From Camelus ferus (Eukaryota): a stretch of 64,000 nucleotides of DNA. The notes beneath the pieces were generated by a model. That model was given only the letters and a program-made list of their open reading frames with translations, had not been told where the DNA came from and searched no databases. Positions 12,312 to 24,218 of this stretch are shown here, one piece after another. Numbering within the stretch: the first letter of the stretch is position 1; every line of letters begins with the position of its first letter. Position numbers and translations under genes: made by a program. The stretch is from assembly GCF_009834535.1 (NCBI RefSeq), contig NC_045697.1, forward strand, positions 35,590,001 through 35,654,000. Direction: 5' to 3'.

Positions 12312-12630
12312 GTCCGCCAGGAGCCGGTCTCCTAGCCCTGCCCCTCGCAGCCGCAGCCAGAGCCGCGGCCGCAGCCAGATCCACAGCCGCAGCCGCAGCC
12401 ACAGCCGCAGCCGCAGCCGCAGCCGGTCCGCCAGCCCCTCCACCGCAGTCGCGAAGGTCAGGAGCCCGTCCCCGAATCGCGCCAAGCTGTCCAACGTGGC
12501 GCGCAAGGCTGCCCTGCTGTCCCGCTTCAGCGATGCCTATTCCCAGGCCCGCCTGGATGCGCAGTGCCTGCTGCGGCGCTGCATCGACAAAGCCGAGACG
12601 GTGCAGCGGATCATCTACATCGCCACCGTG
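12312..12630 (+). CDS. SPATA18: SPATA18 exon 7 (RS-rich linker and start of the conserved C-terminal domain, ending QRIIYIATV)
   Basis: cccacag|G ... GTG|gtacgt; 319 bp, phase 2->0; inside ORF 12298..12885. Confidence 0.95.
12346..12426 (+). repeat. Coding hexamer repeat (CGCAGC)n, imperfect, encoding a 27-aa RS tract
   Basis: cgcagccgcagccagagccgcggccgcagccagatccacagccgcagccgcagccacagccgcagccgcagccgcagccgg. Confidence 0.95.
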
Positions 12631-13301
12631 GTACGTGCGCCGCACCTCGGCGGTCCCCGGCGCGGCGGGGAGGCGGCATTTTGGGAAACTGAACGGGACA
12701 GTTTAACAAAACTGGTAGAGCCTGAGGTCGCTGAAGGAGGGTGGGTTTTCCATCTGTCCCCTCCCTCCCTCCCTTTCTCCTTTCCTTTCGTTACAGACAT
12801 TTGGGATGAATCATTTTTCACACTCAGTAACTATTCACATATCTTAATAATTCTATTGACCAGGTATTTGTTGAAGTATTCATAAATGTAGGACTATCTC
12901 AAATGGCTGTATACTAAGTTGATTTGCACTGAGTCTTCTAATATGGGCATATGTGCACACGGTAGATGTATTGTTGCTAAGGGCTATCATTTGATTGGTT
13001 ACTTTCCATTCTTAGAAAAATCAAAAGGCTATGATTATGTTAACTCTTCTGTTTACTTAATTAAGAGTAGTCACTAAAACTGTTAACATATCAGCTGCTT
13101 GAGTATGGCAGATTAAAAAGTGCCTGTATGTAATCTTCAGTTCCTAAAGCAAATGCATTTGTTCTATGGGTACCATATTGAGATACTGGGAGTATGTAAT
13201 GAGAACTGTTAAATGTTAAAAAAACAAGACAAAACATTGGTGTGAGAGCAGAATTATCAGAATCTACTGGACTTTATAATCTTATATTTATTTATTTATA
13301 T

Positions 13302-13560
13302 CAGGAGTCAGCAAACTACGATCCCTGGGCCATGTCTGGCCCGGCCTGTGACACTGAGAGAAATACCACCTAAGAGCTAAAATATAAGAATGACTTTGCA
13401 CTTTAAAGGGTGATTTTTAAAAAACCCTGAATCTTCTAATATGGACATATGTGCACACAGTAGACATATTTTTAAAAAGTGACAGAGACAGTTACATGGC
13501 CTGCAAAGGGTAAAATATTTACTATCTGGCTTTTTACAGAAAAAAGTTTGCCAACCTTTG
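13302..13560 (-). mobile_element. hAT-Charlie MITE, MER58-like, interrupted by a short insert
   Basis: TIRs caggagtcagcaaact ... agtttgccaacctttg; internal aatatttactatctggctttttacagaaaaaag. Confidence 0.8.
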
Positions 13561-14144
13561 GTTTATATAATTAAGAATCACTTTTACCGAGTTGGTTACA
13601 GTTCTGTAATTATAGAGGCCATATCTTTCATGCATAACTGAGTTTTCCCCATGCTTACTATTAATAAAGGCACTTAATAAATATTTGCTGAATTGATAAA
13701 CGCTGGGAACATGTTGGACACTTGATATGCATCTATGTATGACAAGAACATTAGATTGATGGTTTTCTCTTATTTCTTGACCTGTAAATATCATAGTATT
13801 GCTGTGGGGTCAAGGCATCAATCAAACTGCCTCAAGTAGTTACATAACCACGTGATTTATTTCCTTAAATGCATGCACCGTCCTGCTTCTTGCAATCAGA
13901 ATTACCAGAGCAATGGTCAACTGTCTTGAAATTAGTGAACGTGAGTAGTCATTTATGTATTTATGTACTTTCCAAAATTTAGATTTTTCTCCCAGATTAG
14001 AAATAGTTTTGACCCCTGGGTTTAGTTATCAGAAGACCAATATGATGTTAAGTTTTTGATGGGCATTTTTTCTTCATTCCTTGCTGTGGACTTCTCTACC
14101 TGCCCTCTTCCCACCAAGTAAATTTGCTGTATTTTTATGTGCAG

Positions 14145-14303
14145 GAGGCATTTCACGTAGCTAAAATGGCATTCAGACATTTCAAGATCCGGGTGAGGAA
14201 ATCGTTGACACCGTCTTATGCGGGGTTGAATGACTTTGAGGATGCCGTCTCGGATTATATCATTTGTCATCTTGATCTGTATGATTCCCAAAGCAGTGTT
14301 AAT
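14145..14303 (+). CDS. SPATA18: SPATA18 exon 8 ([19 protein letters not shown]...[10 protein letters not shown])
   Basis: gtgcag|GAG ... AAT|gtaagt; 159 bp, phase 0->0. Confidence 0.95.
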
Positions 14304-14554
14304 GTAAGTGTTAGGTCTTTTATTGGAACTGGTTTGTTACTACTGCTACTGTCTGCACCGGGTACGAATAACTCAGAACTCCATCCAGTACTTAGTATTG
14401 CTCCTCCATAATGGAAGAGCAGAAAAGAGAAGCAGCCAATGTTCTTTGTAGAAACAGTCATTCTTGGCTGTTTCTTTCTTAGGCATTTTATGGGGAAAAA
14501 TATTTTGAGCTTCAGAGTTCTATTCTTTAGACAGGCCCTTAAGATTGGAAGATA

Positions 14555-14810
14555 GAATGCCATAGTGCTTAAGAGCAATGATTTCGGGAAAGATGAGTGT
14601 GGATTTGCATCCAAGCTCTGCCACTTACTAGCTGTGTGACCTTGACCATTTACTTAACCTCTCTGTGCTTTAGTTTTCTAATATTTAAATGGGAGCAACA
14701 ATGGTCATGACCCCAGAAAGTTCTTGAGAGGATTAAATGAAAGGAGAAGCAGATAATTTGTTCAGCACAAGAGTTGGCATGAAGTAAACTCGAAATAAAA
14801 GCAAGCTATT
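14555..14810 (+). mobile_element. MIR SINE
   Basis: ctctgccacttactagctgtgtgaccttgaccatttacttaacctctctgtgctttagttttc. Confidence 0.85.
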
Positions 14811-15167
14811 ATAATCATTATTATTATAGATTACAAACAAGTCAGAGTTTTGTGTTGGTAATCATATAACTTGCCCAAAATAGAAAAATAAGGAAATAAT
14901 AAATAAAAGTCACTAAGACTTTTTTCTTAATTTTTTTTTTTTTTGGAGTCTCTCTTGGCTTTTAGTATATCATTTATACTCAGTCATCTTTCCTCCTTCC
15001 GTTGATGAGTCTCCCTCCTTTTAACACACACACTCCTTTTCTAGTTTAACTTATTTTCACTCACAAACTCTTTTCTCACCTCCCATCAGTCATATAATGC
15101 CCTTAGGAATGTCAGTGTGCCTTGTCGCAGGCTGGTAACAAGGTGATGCCATCTTTTTGTTTTTCAG

Positions 15168-15343
15168 GATGTGATCCGAGCCATGAATGTCAATCCCAAG
15201 ATTTCCTTCCCTCCTGAAGTTGACTTTTGCCTTCTCAGTAACTTCATCCAGGAGATATGTTGCATTGCCTTTGCAATGCAAACTTTAGAGCCACCCCTAG
15301 ATATTGCCTTTGGGGCTGATGGAGAAATTTTTAATGATTGCAA
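15168..15343 (+). CDS. SPATA18: SPATA18 exon 9 ([20 protein letters not shown]...[11 protein letters not shown])
   Basis: ttttcag|GAT ... AA|gtaaga; 176 bp, phase 0->2. Confidence 0.95.
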
Positions 15344-15664
15344 GTAAGAGACATAGGAGCAGAAGCTAAGGGATTCTTTATAAATACTCCTGTCTTTATT
15401 CCCTGGGAGCAATTTAGGGAAAAGAACTCTGGGTGGGGAAATCAACGGACATTACCTGATATCCAGTCCCTGCCATATACTTCTCTGTTACAGAGCAGGG
15501 TCCTTTCATGGGGTCATTTTCCTTCTTAGTCAAATGCGATTCAGAGGTGATGTTATGATTTCCATTAAACATATTAGTCTTAGTGGGAACTAATGAGGAC
15601 CTGGAGTCTGTTTGGAATACTTCAAAAGAAGGTGCTATATAGATACAAATGTGTATTTTATTAT

Positions 15665-16170
15665 TTAAAAAATTTTTAGAGGTATAATTGACATATAACA
15701 TTATATTAGCTTTAGGTGTACAGCATAATGATTCTATATTTGTATATATTGCAAAATGATCACCACAAAAGTCTAGTTAACAAAATATTTTTTTCTTGCT
15801 GAGAAATTTTAAGATCTATCCTCTTAGCAATTTTCAAATATGCAATGCAATTAATTATAGTCACCATGCTGTGCCTTTCATCCCCATGACTTACATATTT
15901 TCTAACTGGAAGTTTGTACCTTTTGACCTCCTTAACCCGTTTTACCCACCCCGACCTCTGGCAACCGCCAATCTGTTCTCTGAATCTATGAGCTTGGTTT
16001 TGTTTGTTTGTTTGTTTGTTTTAAATTCCACATATGAATGCGATATATGGTATTTGTCTTTCTACATCTGATTTATTTCATAATGCCATCAAAGTCTATC
16101 CATGTTGTCCCAAATGGCAAGATTTCATTCTTTTTATGGCTAAAGAGTATTCCTTTATATATATATAGGG
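15665..16170 (-). mobile_element. L1 3' UTR / ORF2-end fragment (L1MA-type)
   Basis: gaggtataattgacatataacattatattag...ttccacatatgaatgcgatatatggtatttgtctttc...atccatgttgtcccaaatggcaagatttcattc. Confidence 0.85.
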
Positions 16171-17383
16171 CTTCTGGCAGGCCTCCTGTTTACATGCCTT
16201 TTATCAGAGGGAACATGCCGCCCCTGGGGCACTGTGGCTTGTCCTCCTGGATGGCTGTGAGGTCAAATTGGTATTCCTAATAATGATTACATTTATTTGT
16301 TTCTACTTGAGAATTTTACAGATCAAGTCTAATCCTCTTTTTTTTTTTTTTTTTTAAAGCAGCCTTTCACACATTTGTAAACAATTACTCAAATCCTCCT
16401 CCTTCTGGCTCCATATTAAGGGGGGTTTGAGACTTCTTAACAAATTGATTGGTTTCCTTGGCCTGTGCTCTGTGTTTGTCTGGATACTCCTTTAAAAAAA
16501 AAAAGTGTCTACGCTGAACGTTAATCCCCTAGTTTGAACTAACCAGCCCAGAGGGACCAACACCCTTTCTATTTTCATTCTCTATTAATTCAGCTAATTT
16601 GTAGTAGCTTTTCTTTTTTTCTAGCCAGGTAAAACTGTTGACTGATTTTGAGCTCACCTAAAAGTTGTTCTTTCTACCTGTGCTGTGATTAAACCAATGA
16701 TCGCCTCTATCTGTGCAGTTAAATGCTTTTTAGACTCAGTTGCAGGACCTCATGTGTGTCCACCTTGCAGTATATCTTATTAGATTTAGCTCGTTATAGT
16801 TCCAGCCTCTTGAGCTATGTTTTGATACTGTATTCTGTTTTTTTTTTCCTACCCATTTCCTACCTTTGAGCATTTTTTCTATATTTTGTGGAAGTCACTG
16901 ATGAACATGCTGAGTTACCCCAGGAATGAGAGAGAGCCTTCTGCACCTTCATCCTCATCCACTGCCCACTTTGGATATGATCATTGAACCATTTCTAATC
17001 CACCCACTTAAATTAATCACCCACCCCATTCCTCTTATTTTTTCCACAAAGATAGCACAAGAAATCTTGAAGGTCTCCAATGAGACTTCAGATGGTCTCT
17101 GTCTCTAGCATTTCCCTGAATTACAACTCTTGTAGTCCTGAGAAGAGAGGGGACAAGGTTAGTCTCACATGACTTGTTAGCAAGTCCATGTCGGGTCCTC
17201 GTTATCACTGGTTCCTATTCCAGGAGCCCATAACCATCTCCCTAACAACAGAGTCAGGATGCGAATTGATCTAGATCTGAGCATAATATAAGATGAACAT
17301 TTACATGGATGTCCCCTCTTCTGCCAGGTAGGTCACACAACTGCTTAACTTCTCTTTCTTGTTCTTCTGTGTGTTTAACACAG

Positions 17384-17507
17384 GTACCGCCGCAGCTACG
17401 ACTCTGATTTCACGGCTCCCTTGGTCTTCTACCACGTGTGGCCTGCTCTCATGGAGAATGACTGTGTCATTATGAAGGGAGAAGCTGTCACCAGGAGAGG
17501 GGCTTTT
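17384..17507 (+). CDS. SPATA18: SPATA18 exon 10 ([41 protein letters not shown])
   Basis: acacag|G ... TTT|gtacgg; 124 bp, phase 2->0. Confidence 0.94.
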
Positions 17508-18106
17508 GTACGGTGGCCTTGCATAGTGACAATTCATCCCAAGTGTTTGATTCACAAGTTCGAGAACATTTATAAACCCTGAGATTCCATAAAAGAAGCT
17601 CATAGAGAGCTGTTTGATAAGATTTCATACAAAGGAGAGGAAAGGGACTGGCTGTGAAGGAATAGATTCTTTTCTTCCATTCTCCATGAGTCTTCCTAAT
17701 TTCCTGGCAGTCATTTCTTTTTTGCTTCATTTATAAGATAGAGCTAGTCATATTTGCCTCCTTCATCTTGGAAATATTATGCTATTATAAGGGCAAAGCC
17801 CTTTGAGCTCACCTTATTGGAGGCCCTCTATAAGTCTAAGCATTTAAAAGTAAGCAATTAACTTTCAGGAAAGAGCCAAATTTTTACTGATGGTTCTCCA
17901 TTTTGGGATATGATGAATGTGCCCTGTTTTTCTCTCCTTAGTATGAAGTGTAGGGAGGGGAGGGATGGAGAAAAAGAGGGCAGAGGAGGTAGGGAGAGAG
18001 GAGTCAGTCAGTTTTTGAAGGTTACTTCCTCTATATATTGGCTGTAGAATGTTTTGAATATGCTAAATAATTGGACAGCCTTCAGAATGGAGCCTTAGGT
18101 ATGCAA

Positions 18107-18141
<35 letters not shown>

Positions 18142-18149
18142 TGTGTGTG
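18107..18149. repeat. (TG)n microsatellite
   Basis: about 17 perfect units plus an interrupted tail. Confidence 0.95.
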
Positions 18150-18914
18150 TTGAGCTGGGGATTGGGTGTTGGAACTAGTGGCTGTGGGTGCTGGATATTC
18201 TGTATGGTTCCCATTATGGTGTTTTACCCCACCCTTCCTAGAAAGAGTTTAGTGAATCCTGGAGAGACCCTCCTGGATCAGAGCAAAGCCACCATCCGGG
18301 TGGTCTCAGTTCCTGTTCTCTGAACTGGAGAATAGGGGAAGTGCTTCATGGGAGATTTTCACACGTAGAGTGAAGAAGCAGAGTCATTAGTGTATTTTAA
18401 AAGAACTTAAGAAAAGGGTTTATGTAGCTTAAACATCCCACTGTAGCAAATAGTATCTCAATAAATTATTCTGTGCTGTGAAATTTGAGCCCATAGAAAC
18501 TGGGTTGTGTTGATCTGACAATCACTCTGCAATGAATGGGCTCATAAAATGTTCTTCTCGCCTCTACAACAATCACCATCTATTAAGAGATTTTTATTGT
18601 AGACTGTCTGCAGTGCACTTTGAAAGGGGGGGGGGTCGAGAGGACATAGCCACTATTCGTCTGTTTTACATCAAGTAGCATTTGCCTTTTAACTTTCTTC
18701 TTCTCTCCCCTCAAGTATATCACCAACATTTACCCAAACTTAAACCCCTAAAACAGAATGAAAATACCCTAAAGGCAAGACCTGGGAAGAAGAAAGGGTT
18801 GGAGGAAGGGAACTGATAAGCAGACCTTGATTAGTAAAATCTCATTCGAGGAAATAGAGTTTTCTCTTTGTTCATTAGTTAGAGAGTAGATGGGCGACAG
18901 TCATGGTTCACTCC

Positions 18915-19055
18915 CTCACTCATTCATTCATTTCATTCAATGATACGTATTTATTCAATAGTTATTTATGACCCAAGCACTGTGATTAGGTGCTGGGGAT
19001 TCAGCAGTGAACAAAACAGACACAAATTCCTCCCCACGTGGGGCTTACAGTCTCC
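18915..19055 (-). mobile_element. L2 3' end fragment
   Basis: cattcattcatttcattcaa...aagcactgtgattaggtgctggggattcagcagtgaacaaaacagac. Confidence 0.75.
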
Positions 19056-19345
19056 AACACTTGCAAACTTAAATGCAATTTCTAATCGCTTACTCATCGA
19101 AATAGAGTTCCACTAGCAGAAAGAATATGAATAGCCCAAAGTTCACTGGAATGGGTTTTATTTGAGAAACACCATAGAGTTATTGCCAAATATTGGGCAG
19201 GTAAATGAGTGTGCCACATGCTGATGTCCAGTAACAGCCAGGTGTAATTACACCTGAGTACCTCTCGTTCGTTCTATGGGATTTGAGTATTGTTTTAAAC
19301 CACCTGAGCTTTCACGAACTATTTTTCTTTTTCTCTTTTCTTTAG

Positions 19346-19429
19346 TGGAATTCAGTGCGATCTGTAAGTCGATGTCGAAGCAGGAGTTTAAGTCCCATCT
19401 GCCCCCGTAGCCGTATTGGTTTAAGCACG
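19346..19429 (+). CDS. SPATA18: SPATA18 exon 11 ([28 protein letters not shown])
   Basis: long pyrimidine tract, tttag|TGG ... ACG|gtacgt; 84 bp, phase 0->0. Confidence 0.94.
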
Positions 19430-20263
19430 GTACGTATCTGTCCAATCACTTGTGCACAAAACCATCCTATGGTTGACATTTTTTTTCATCAACAGTCACC
19501 TGTAAAAGAGGCGATTATAAGTCTGTGAGTAGAAAGAGAACCTGCTGCAATAGCCCCGGACTGATTTTTATACTATCTCAGGCTAAGGCATTTCTCATTC
19601 TAGAAAGAACGAAGTAGAGGTAGTTTTTTGCTTAATTAGTTGAAAGAATAGGAGACTTCAATAATTTCACATCTATTTGTATCTTTAAATGAAAATGAGC
19701 TAGATACTAGTTAGTCTCCTGAACAGAGAATGGGACATCTTAGTCTGCTGATCTCTGCACACATCAGTTCCTGGTTCCTGCAGAACTCATTGCGTGAGTT
19801 TGGAGAAATTGCTCAAACTGTCTGGATTTCAATACTGTATAAAGGGCATTGCAAGTATTAATCTTCCTCCAAACTTCAAAGTAAGAAGAATAAGATCAGC
19901 CTCTTTGCCTGTTCGTTCTTAGCATTACTAATACATCTGTCAAAGAAAAAAAGTGGCAAAAACATCTCTGAAAACTAGAAAGATAACATCCCCCCAAACT
20001 AATGTTATTGTGAGGCACCACTGTTCATCCACTCAGCGGGTAGTTAGTCAATGGCTTTGGAATGTAGGTCTGGACCAAGACAAGTGGATACTGGATAGAC
20101 TAACAGTGTGCTCTTTGTTCAAATAAAACTTCTTTAAATATTTGTTCAGCCTTGTTTTAGGGAGAGTGGTGGAGAAGGAGAATTAGATCTGGCAAGTCTC
20201 CACTTCTCTGAAATTATCCTTAGGAATGCAACTCTAACCCAAAACTTTCACCCCCTACCTCAG

Positions 20264-20315
20264 CAAAACAAAAACAAAAACAAAAACAAAAACAAAAACA
20301 AAAACAAAAACAAAA
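20264..20315. repeat. (CAAAAA)n hexamer microsatellite
   Basis: about 8 units visible. Confidence 0.95.
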
Positions 20316-21851
20316 TCACACCCCTCCTCTTACTGGAAGTTAACAAGACCCCACTTTCTTACTGAGTTTAGTGAACATTTACCGTTACTCTGCCCACTTC
20401 ATTATGTTTGATGATGTCCTTATCAAACTTTCATTCTGTATCTGATGGATGCTAGATTGGGGGAGGGGTGACACAAATGACTAAAACCTGGTCTCTTCCT
20501 TGAATGGATTTCAGTATAGGAAGATCAGTACGATTTCAGCAAAGTAACTGAACGTGGTATATGATACAGTCCATAAAAGAGGCACAAAGGGCTAGAGTTG
20601 TCAGCGGAGGTAGAGATTCCTTCTGGATTTGGTTCATGGGGGAGTTGGAATCTGATATGGCAGAATTGTGATGGCCTGGGAAATTGGGGAGGACTCTCCA
20701 GTTGAAAGAAATGGCCTGAGAATGGAAAGTCATGTGTCTGACACAGTTCTTTCACTATTGGAGATTTTAATGTAACTTCATTATCCTTATTTTCGAATAA
20801 GTATTCACAGTAGGTACAAGCAAAAGGATAGTACATTTCATGGACTGATAAACAGGACATCTTAGGAGTCTTATACTGGAGATTCACAGTTCTTATTCCA
20901 AGAGGGAGTGTTACATGAGAAGAATGCACAATATTAGACACCTGCGGTGCTCACGGTCACAGCAAATTTCCGCTCCAGACTCTCCCTGGAAGGCTTACCT
21001 TGGGGAGCATCCTTCTGTAATAAGCTCCTAGACATGTTTGAACCACCTCCTCTGCCTTCTCCACTTTGTGCCCAGGGAGAACAAATTTTAAACTTTTGAT
21101 AAGAATAAAATAGATTCTCAAGGGTGAAACTGCTGCTAAAATTCTGTCCCTTTCCACTATCATCTCCTTATGACAAGACTGGTGCAAATATTTTTGGTTA
21201 GTCTAGTTTTTTGACTTGTTTGGAGTCTCACATCCAGGGCAGCTTCCATCTTTGTTAGCGTCTATTTATCTAAAGTGTTTGAAAGCTCAGAGCAAGAATG
21301 ATGCTTGTAACCAGTTATTTCTGAGCTGTAACAGGTTTGTAGGTACAGGGGGTGGCTTTTGCTCAATGAGAGCAAAGGTGAGGTTTGAAAAATGGTTGTT
21401 TTCTGGCTGCCCAGTGACCCTTCTTAATAAGGCAGCATTTTGGACTGAGATAATTCATATAAAGGATGTGCCAGAAAGTATTTGATCACTTTAGCTTTAA
21501 TTATTAATTATTGTAATAATAATTAATATTTTCTGGAAAGCATAGAATTCAGAATGGCCAGTGTACATCCAATCTCAAAGTGTTTAGCAACACTGAAACA
21601 ACAACAACAACAAACAACAAAAAACTCAGCCACTGAGCCCAGTTTTTAGTTCATAATATAAATTAAATTGGGTACTCATTTACTTCAGAAAGTGTAAAAG
21701 GAATCACAGTGCTCAGCCTCGGGGGAAAAAAGTCATAGTTCTACATTGCTTCAGAGCAACATTCGAACTGGTTTTAGGAAAACCATCAGTAGGATTCATT
21801 CTTTGAGCCCCACCTACTGTGTGATTCACACTACACTTTCATATTTTCTAG

Positions 21852-21897
21852 ATATCTCGAAGCCGGAGTCCTTCTCCAATAAGATGTGGATTACCAA
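21852..21897 (+). CDS. SPATA18: SPATA18 exon 12 (ISRSRSPSPIRCGLP-R)
   Basis: ttctag|ATA ... CCAA|gtaagt; 46 bp, phase 0->1. Confidence 0.92.
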
Positions 21898-22193
21898 GTA
21901 AGTGGGATGGTTTAGATGGGACAAGTTTTCTGCTTTCTAATGCTCTTCTTAGGACTCAGCAGCCTGCAGCAAAATGAATGTTTTGCTCCCTGGGGAACAT
22001 CTCACACCTTTCATTTCTGGGTCTTCTCTTGGATAAGACCACAGCAGATCCCACAGGTGACAAAGGAGGAGCCTCTCACTGAGAGGTTTTATTGACGTGA
22101 ACTTAGATTACCCAGCCACCTTTCATGTAGGTCTCCCCAAAAGAAATTCTAAGAAATCAGCCGTAATCATGGACTGTTCATTTTTCTTCCCAG

Positions 22194-22201
22194 GGTTTTA
22201 A
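22194..22201 (+). CDS. SPATA18: SPATA18 exon 13 coding part (R-F-stop)
   Basis: tttttcttcccag|GG TTT TAA completes the C-terminus ...CGLPRF*. Confidence 0.9.
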
Positions 22202-24122
22202 AACCACCAGCCATGCTCCTCCGCCACAGAACACCTGCTGCTGCCAACTGCCCCAGTGCCCTACTGCCTGCTGTCTGCCTCAGACCTCACTTAAGATAAT
22301 GTGGAAGGGCAATGCTGTGTATCACTTCGCACAGACAGTTAAATGTTTTGGCTTAGCGCATCTGTAATTTCAGATATACTGCATTTTATTTTATAGATAC
22401 AGATTCCATTAATTTGATAAAAATGATTGCATAGGTGTTTAGGATCATATTCATTCGAAGCAAAGCCCATCCCACGGGCTCAGGAGTCAGCCTGAACTAC
22501 GAGGCTCTTTGATGGCAGCCGCACGAACTAAAGTGGAAAGTCTTTACCGTGCTGAGTCCAAAAGACCCGAGGAGTCATTTCAGCTTACAAACTGATCGTA
22601 AATATGATTGCTGGTACTAGCTTTAACCTGAAAACAATCTTGGATGTTTAAACTTTCTTTTAGGGTTCGGAAGACAGCCCCAGTCTCAGGTTGGGGAACT
22701 CACTGCGACTTCAGGCTAAATGTAGGTGATGATGCTTTGAGACTATTGGCTGGCTTCTGTTTTCCTACTTTGAAGTGCCCAGTTAGGTTGGTTTAGTTGA
22801 GCACTGTTTGTTGAGGCTACTTCCTTGAGAGAATTCTCTTGCTTCTTAAATGCGGAGCAGTGATTTGGATAGAAGCCGGCTTTGACATAATGTTAATTAC
22901 CTTGTGCTTGCCTCCTGGGAATGTTTCAGACAGTTTTAATGTACGTGTTAAATATAAAAGCTACCTAGGCCACATCCTTTACCTGTTCCACCTAGCTGTT
23001 TACAAACTCAGACCTCCTCCTAAGAACTCTGTCTGACTGAAAACAAAAATACTTAAACTCGAGGTTAGAAGCTAGGGTCACCATTCATGGATTTTAAATT
23101 GAGTGTCTAACCTTGATTTCTTCACTGTGAAGTACTGTTGAAAACGTTCAAGTTCAAGATTATAATGGAATGTTGCTTTCTCAGGATAAATAATGCTCTT
23201 TCTACTTTTTTTCCCCCACTTTAATACTGGCTTTAAACACCAGCTTCACAAGTGACAGCTTTTGCAGTGTGCCTTTTACAGCTCAGTTTGTGTAAGCTCA
23301 GTGTGAGAACCAGCACCTGGGACTTTTTAGGAGAAAATAAACAGAAAAACAAACAAACAACCCCCCCCCCAAAAAAAAACCCCTTCTCTGAAGCATCTTG
23401 TCTCTCGTGCTGGGACATAGACACCAGGGAGAGACCTCCCCAGTCTCTGCCCCAGGTCTAATGGTCACCAACTCATTCTAAATTGTTCTCCCTCTGCGTC
23501 TGTGTAGTCTTCACTTTGAGGCAGGGCAGCAGCATGCTGGAAGGAGAACTCAGTGCCCAGGCAGCTCCAGTGCCAACTTGGGCATCAGCTTGCTGTGTGG
23601 CCTTAGCAAACTGCTTCACCTCTCTGAGTCTCACTCAGTTTCACTGCAGAGTGAGGAGGGTGGCTGAGATCAGTAGTTCTCTCAACCCTCCCAGACTCAG
23701 TGCCCCCCTTTATAACTAACATTTTATTTTGGCTATTCTGAAATGAAATTCAAAGTTAATATGATCTACTGGCATATATTCCTGTAAACAAAGAGTATAG
23801 TACTCAAACTGTAATATCAAGCAGAAAAAAGGGAAGGCAGTTTTTAATAAAATAGAATGTATTTTCAACAAAAAAGCTTGGTTATAACTATTCTAGAAGA
23901 TAAAATTAAGTCATCAGATGCTTGGATATAGAATTACCAGCTACAGATGCAGATCAGTGTGCATTGTACTGGCAACATCACAAACATTGTTGTCATGGGA
24001 TATGATTTCTGAAATGGTGAACAACCCTTGGTAAAGTTTTGAACAAAAACTTACATTTGTGCCTTGATTTACATAGTAAGTGCATTCCTGGAAATTTTCC
24101 TGTATATTAAAACCATATGGCA

Positions 24123-24218
24123 GGTGTGGGTACAGCTCAGTGGTAAAGTACATGCTTTGCATGCATGAAGTCCTGGGTTCAAACCCCAGGACCTGCAATG
24201 TAAACAAACAAACAAAAA
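24123..24218 (+). mobile_element. tRNA-derived SINE (camelid Vic-1-like) in the presumed 3' UTR
   Basis: A-box-like agctcagtgg, B-box gggttcaaaccc, A-rich tail. Confidence 0.8.

Larger units (their letters stand above)
12310..12680. promoter_or_regulatory. Intragenic CpG-island-like segment over exon 7 and its donor
   Basis: Very GC- and CpG-rich compared with the AT-rich flanking introns; extends ~50 bp into intron 7. Confidence 0.6.

Noticed and set aside
12055..12706. Overlapping poly-Ala ORFs (12055..12645 minus, 196 aa; 12179..12706 plus, 175 aa)
   Set aside because: These are alternative-frame and antisense readings of the GC-rich exon 7 and its (CGCAGC)n repeat, which lack stops. The plus ORF starts at GTG in intron sequence. 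There is no independent support.
24123..24200. tRNA-like A/B boxes (also at 35108 and 63720)
   Set aside because: A-rich tails, a TSD on one copy and mutual similarity indicate SINEs, not tRNA genes.
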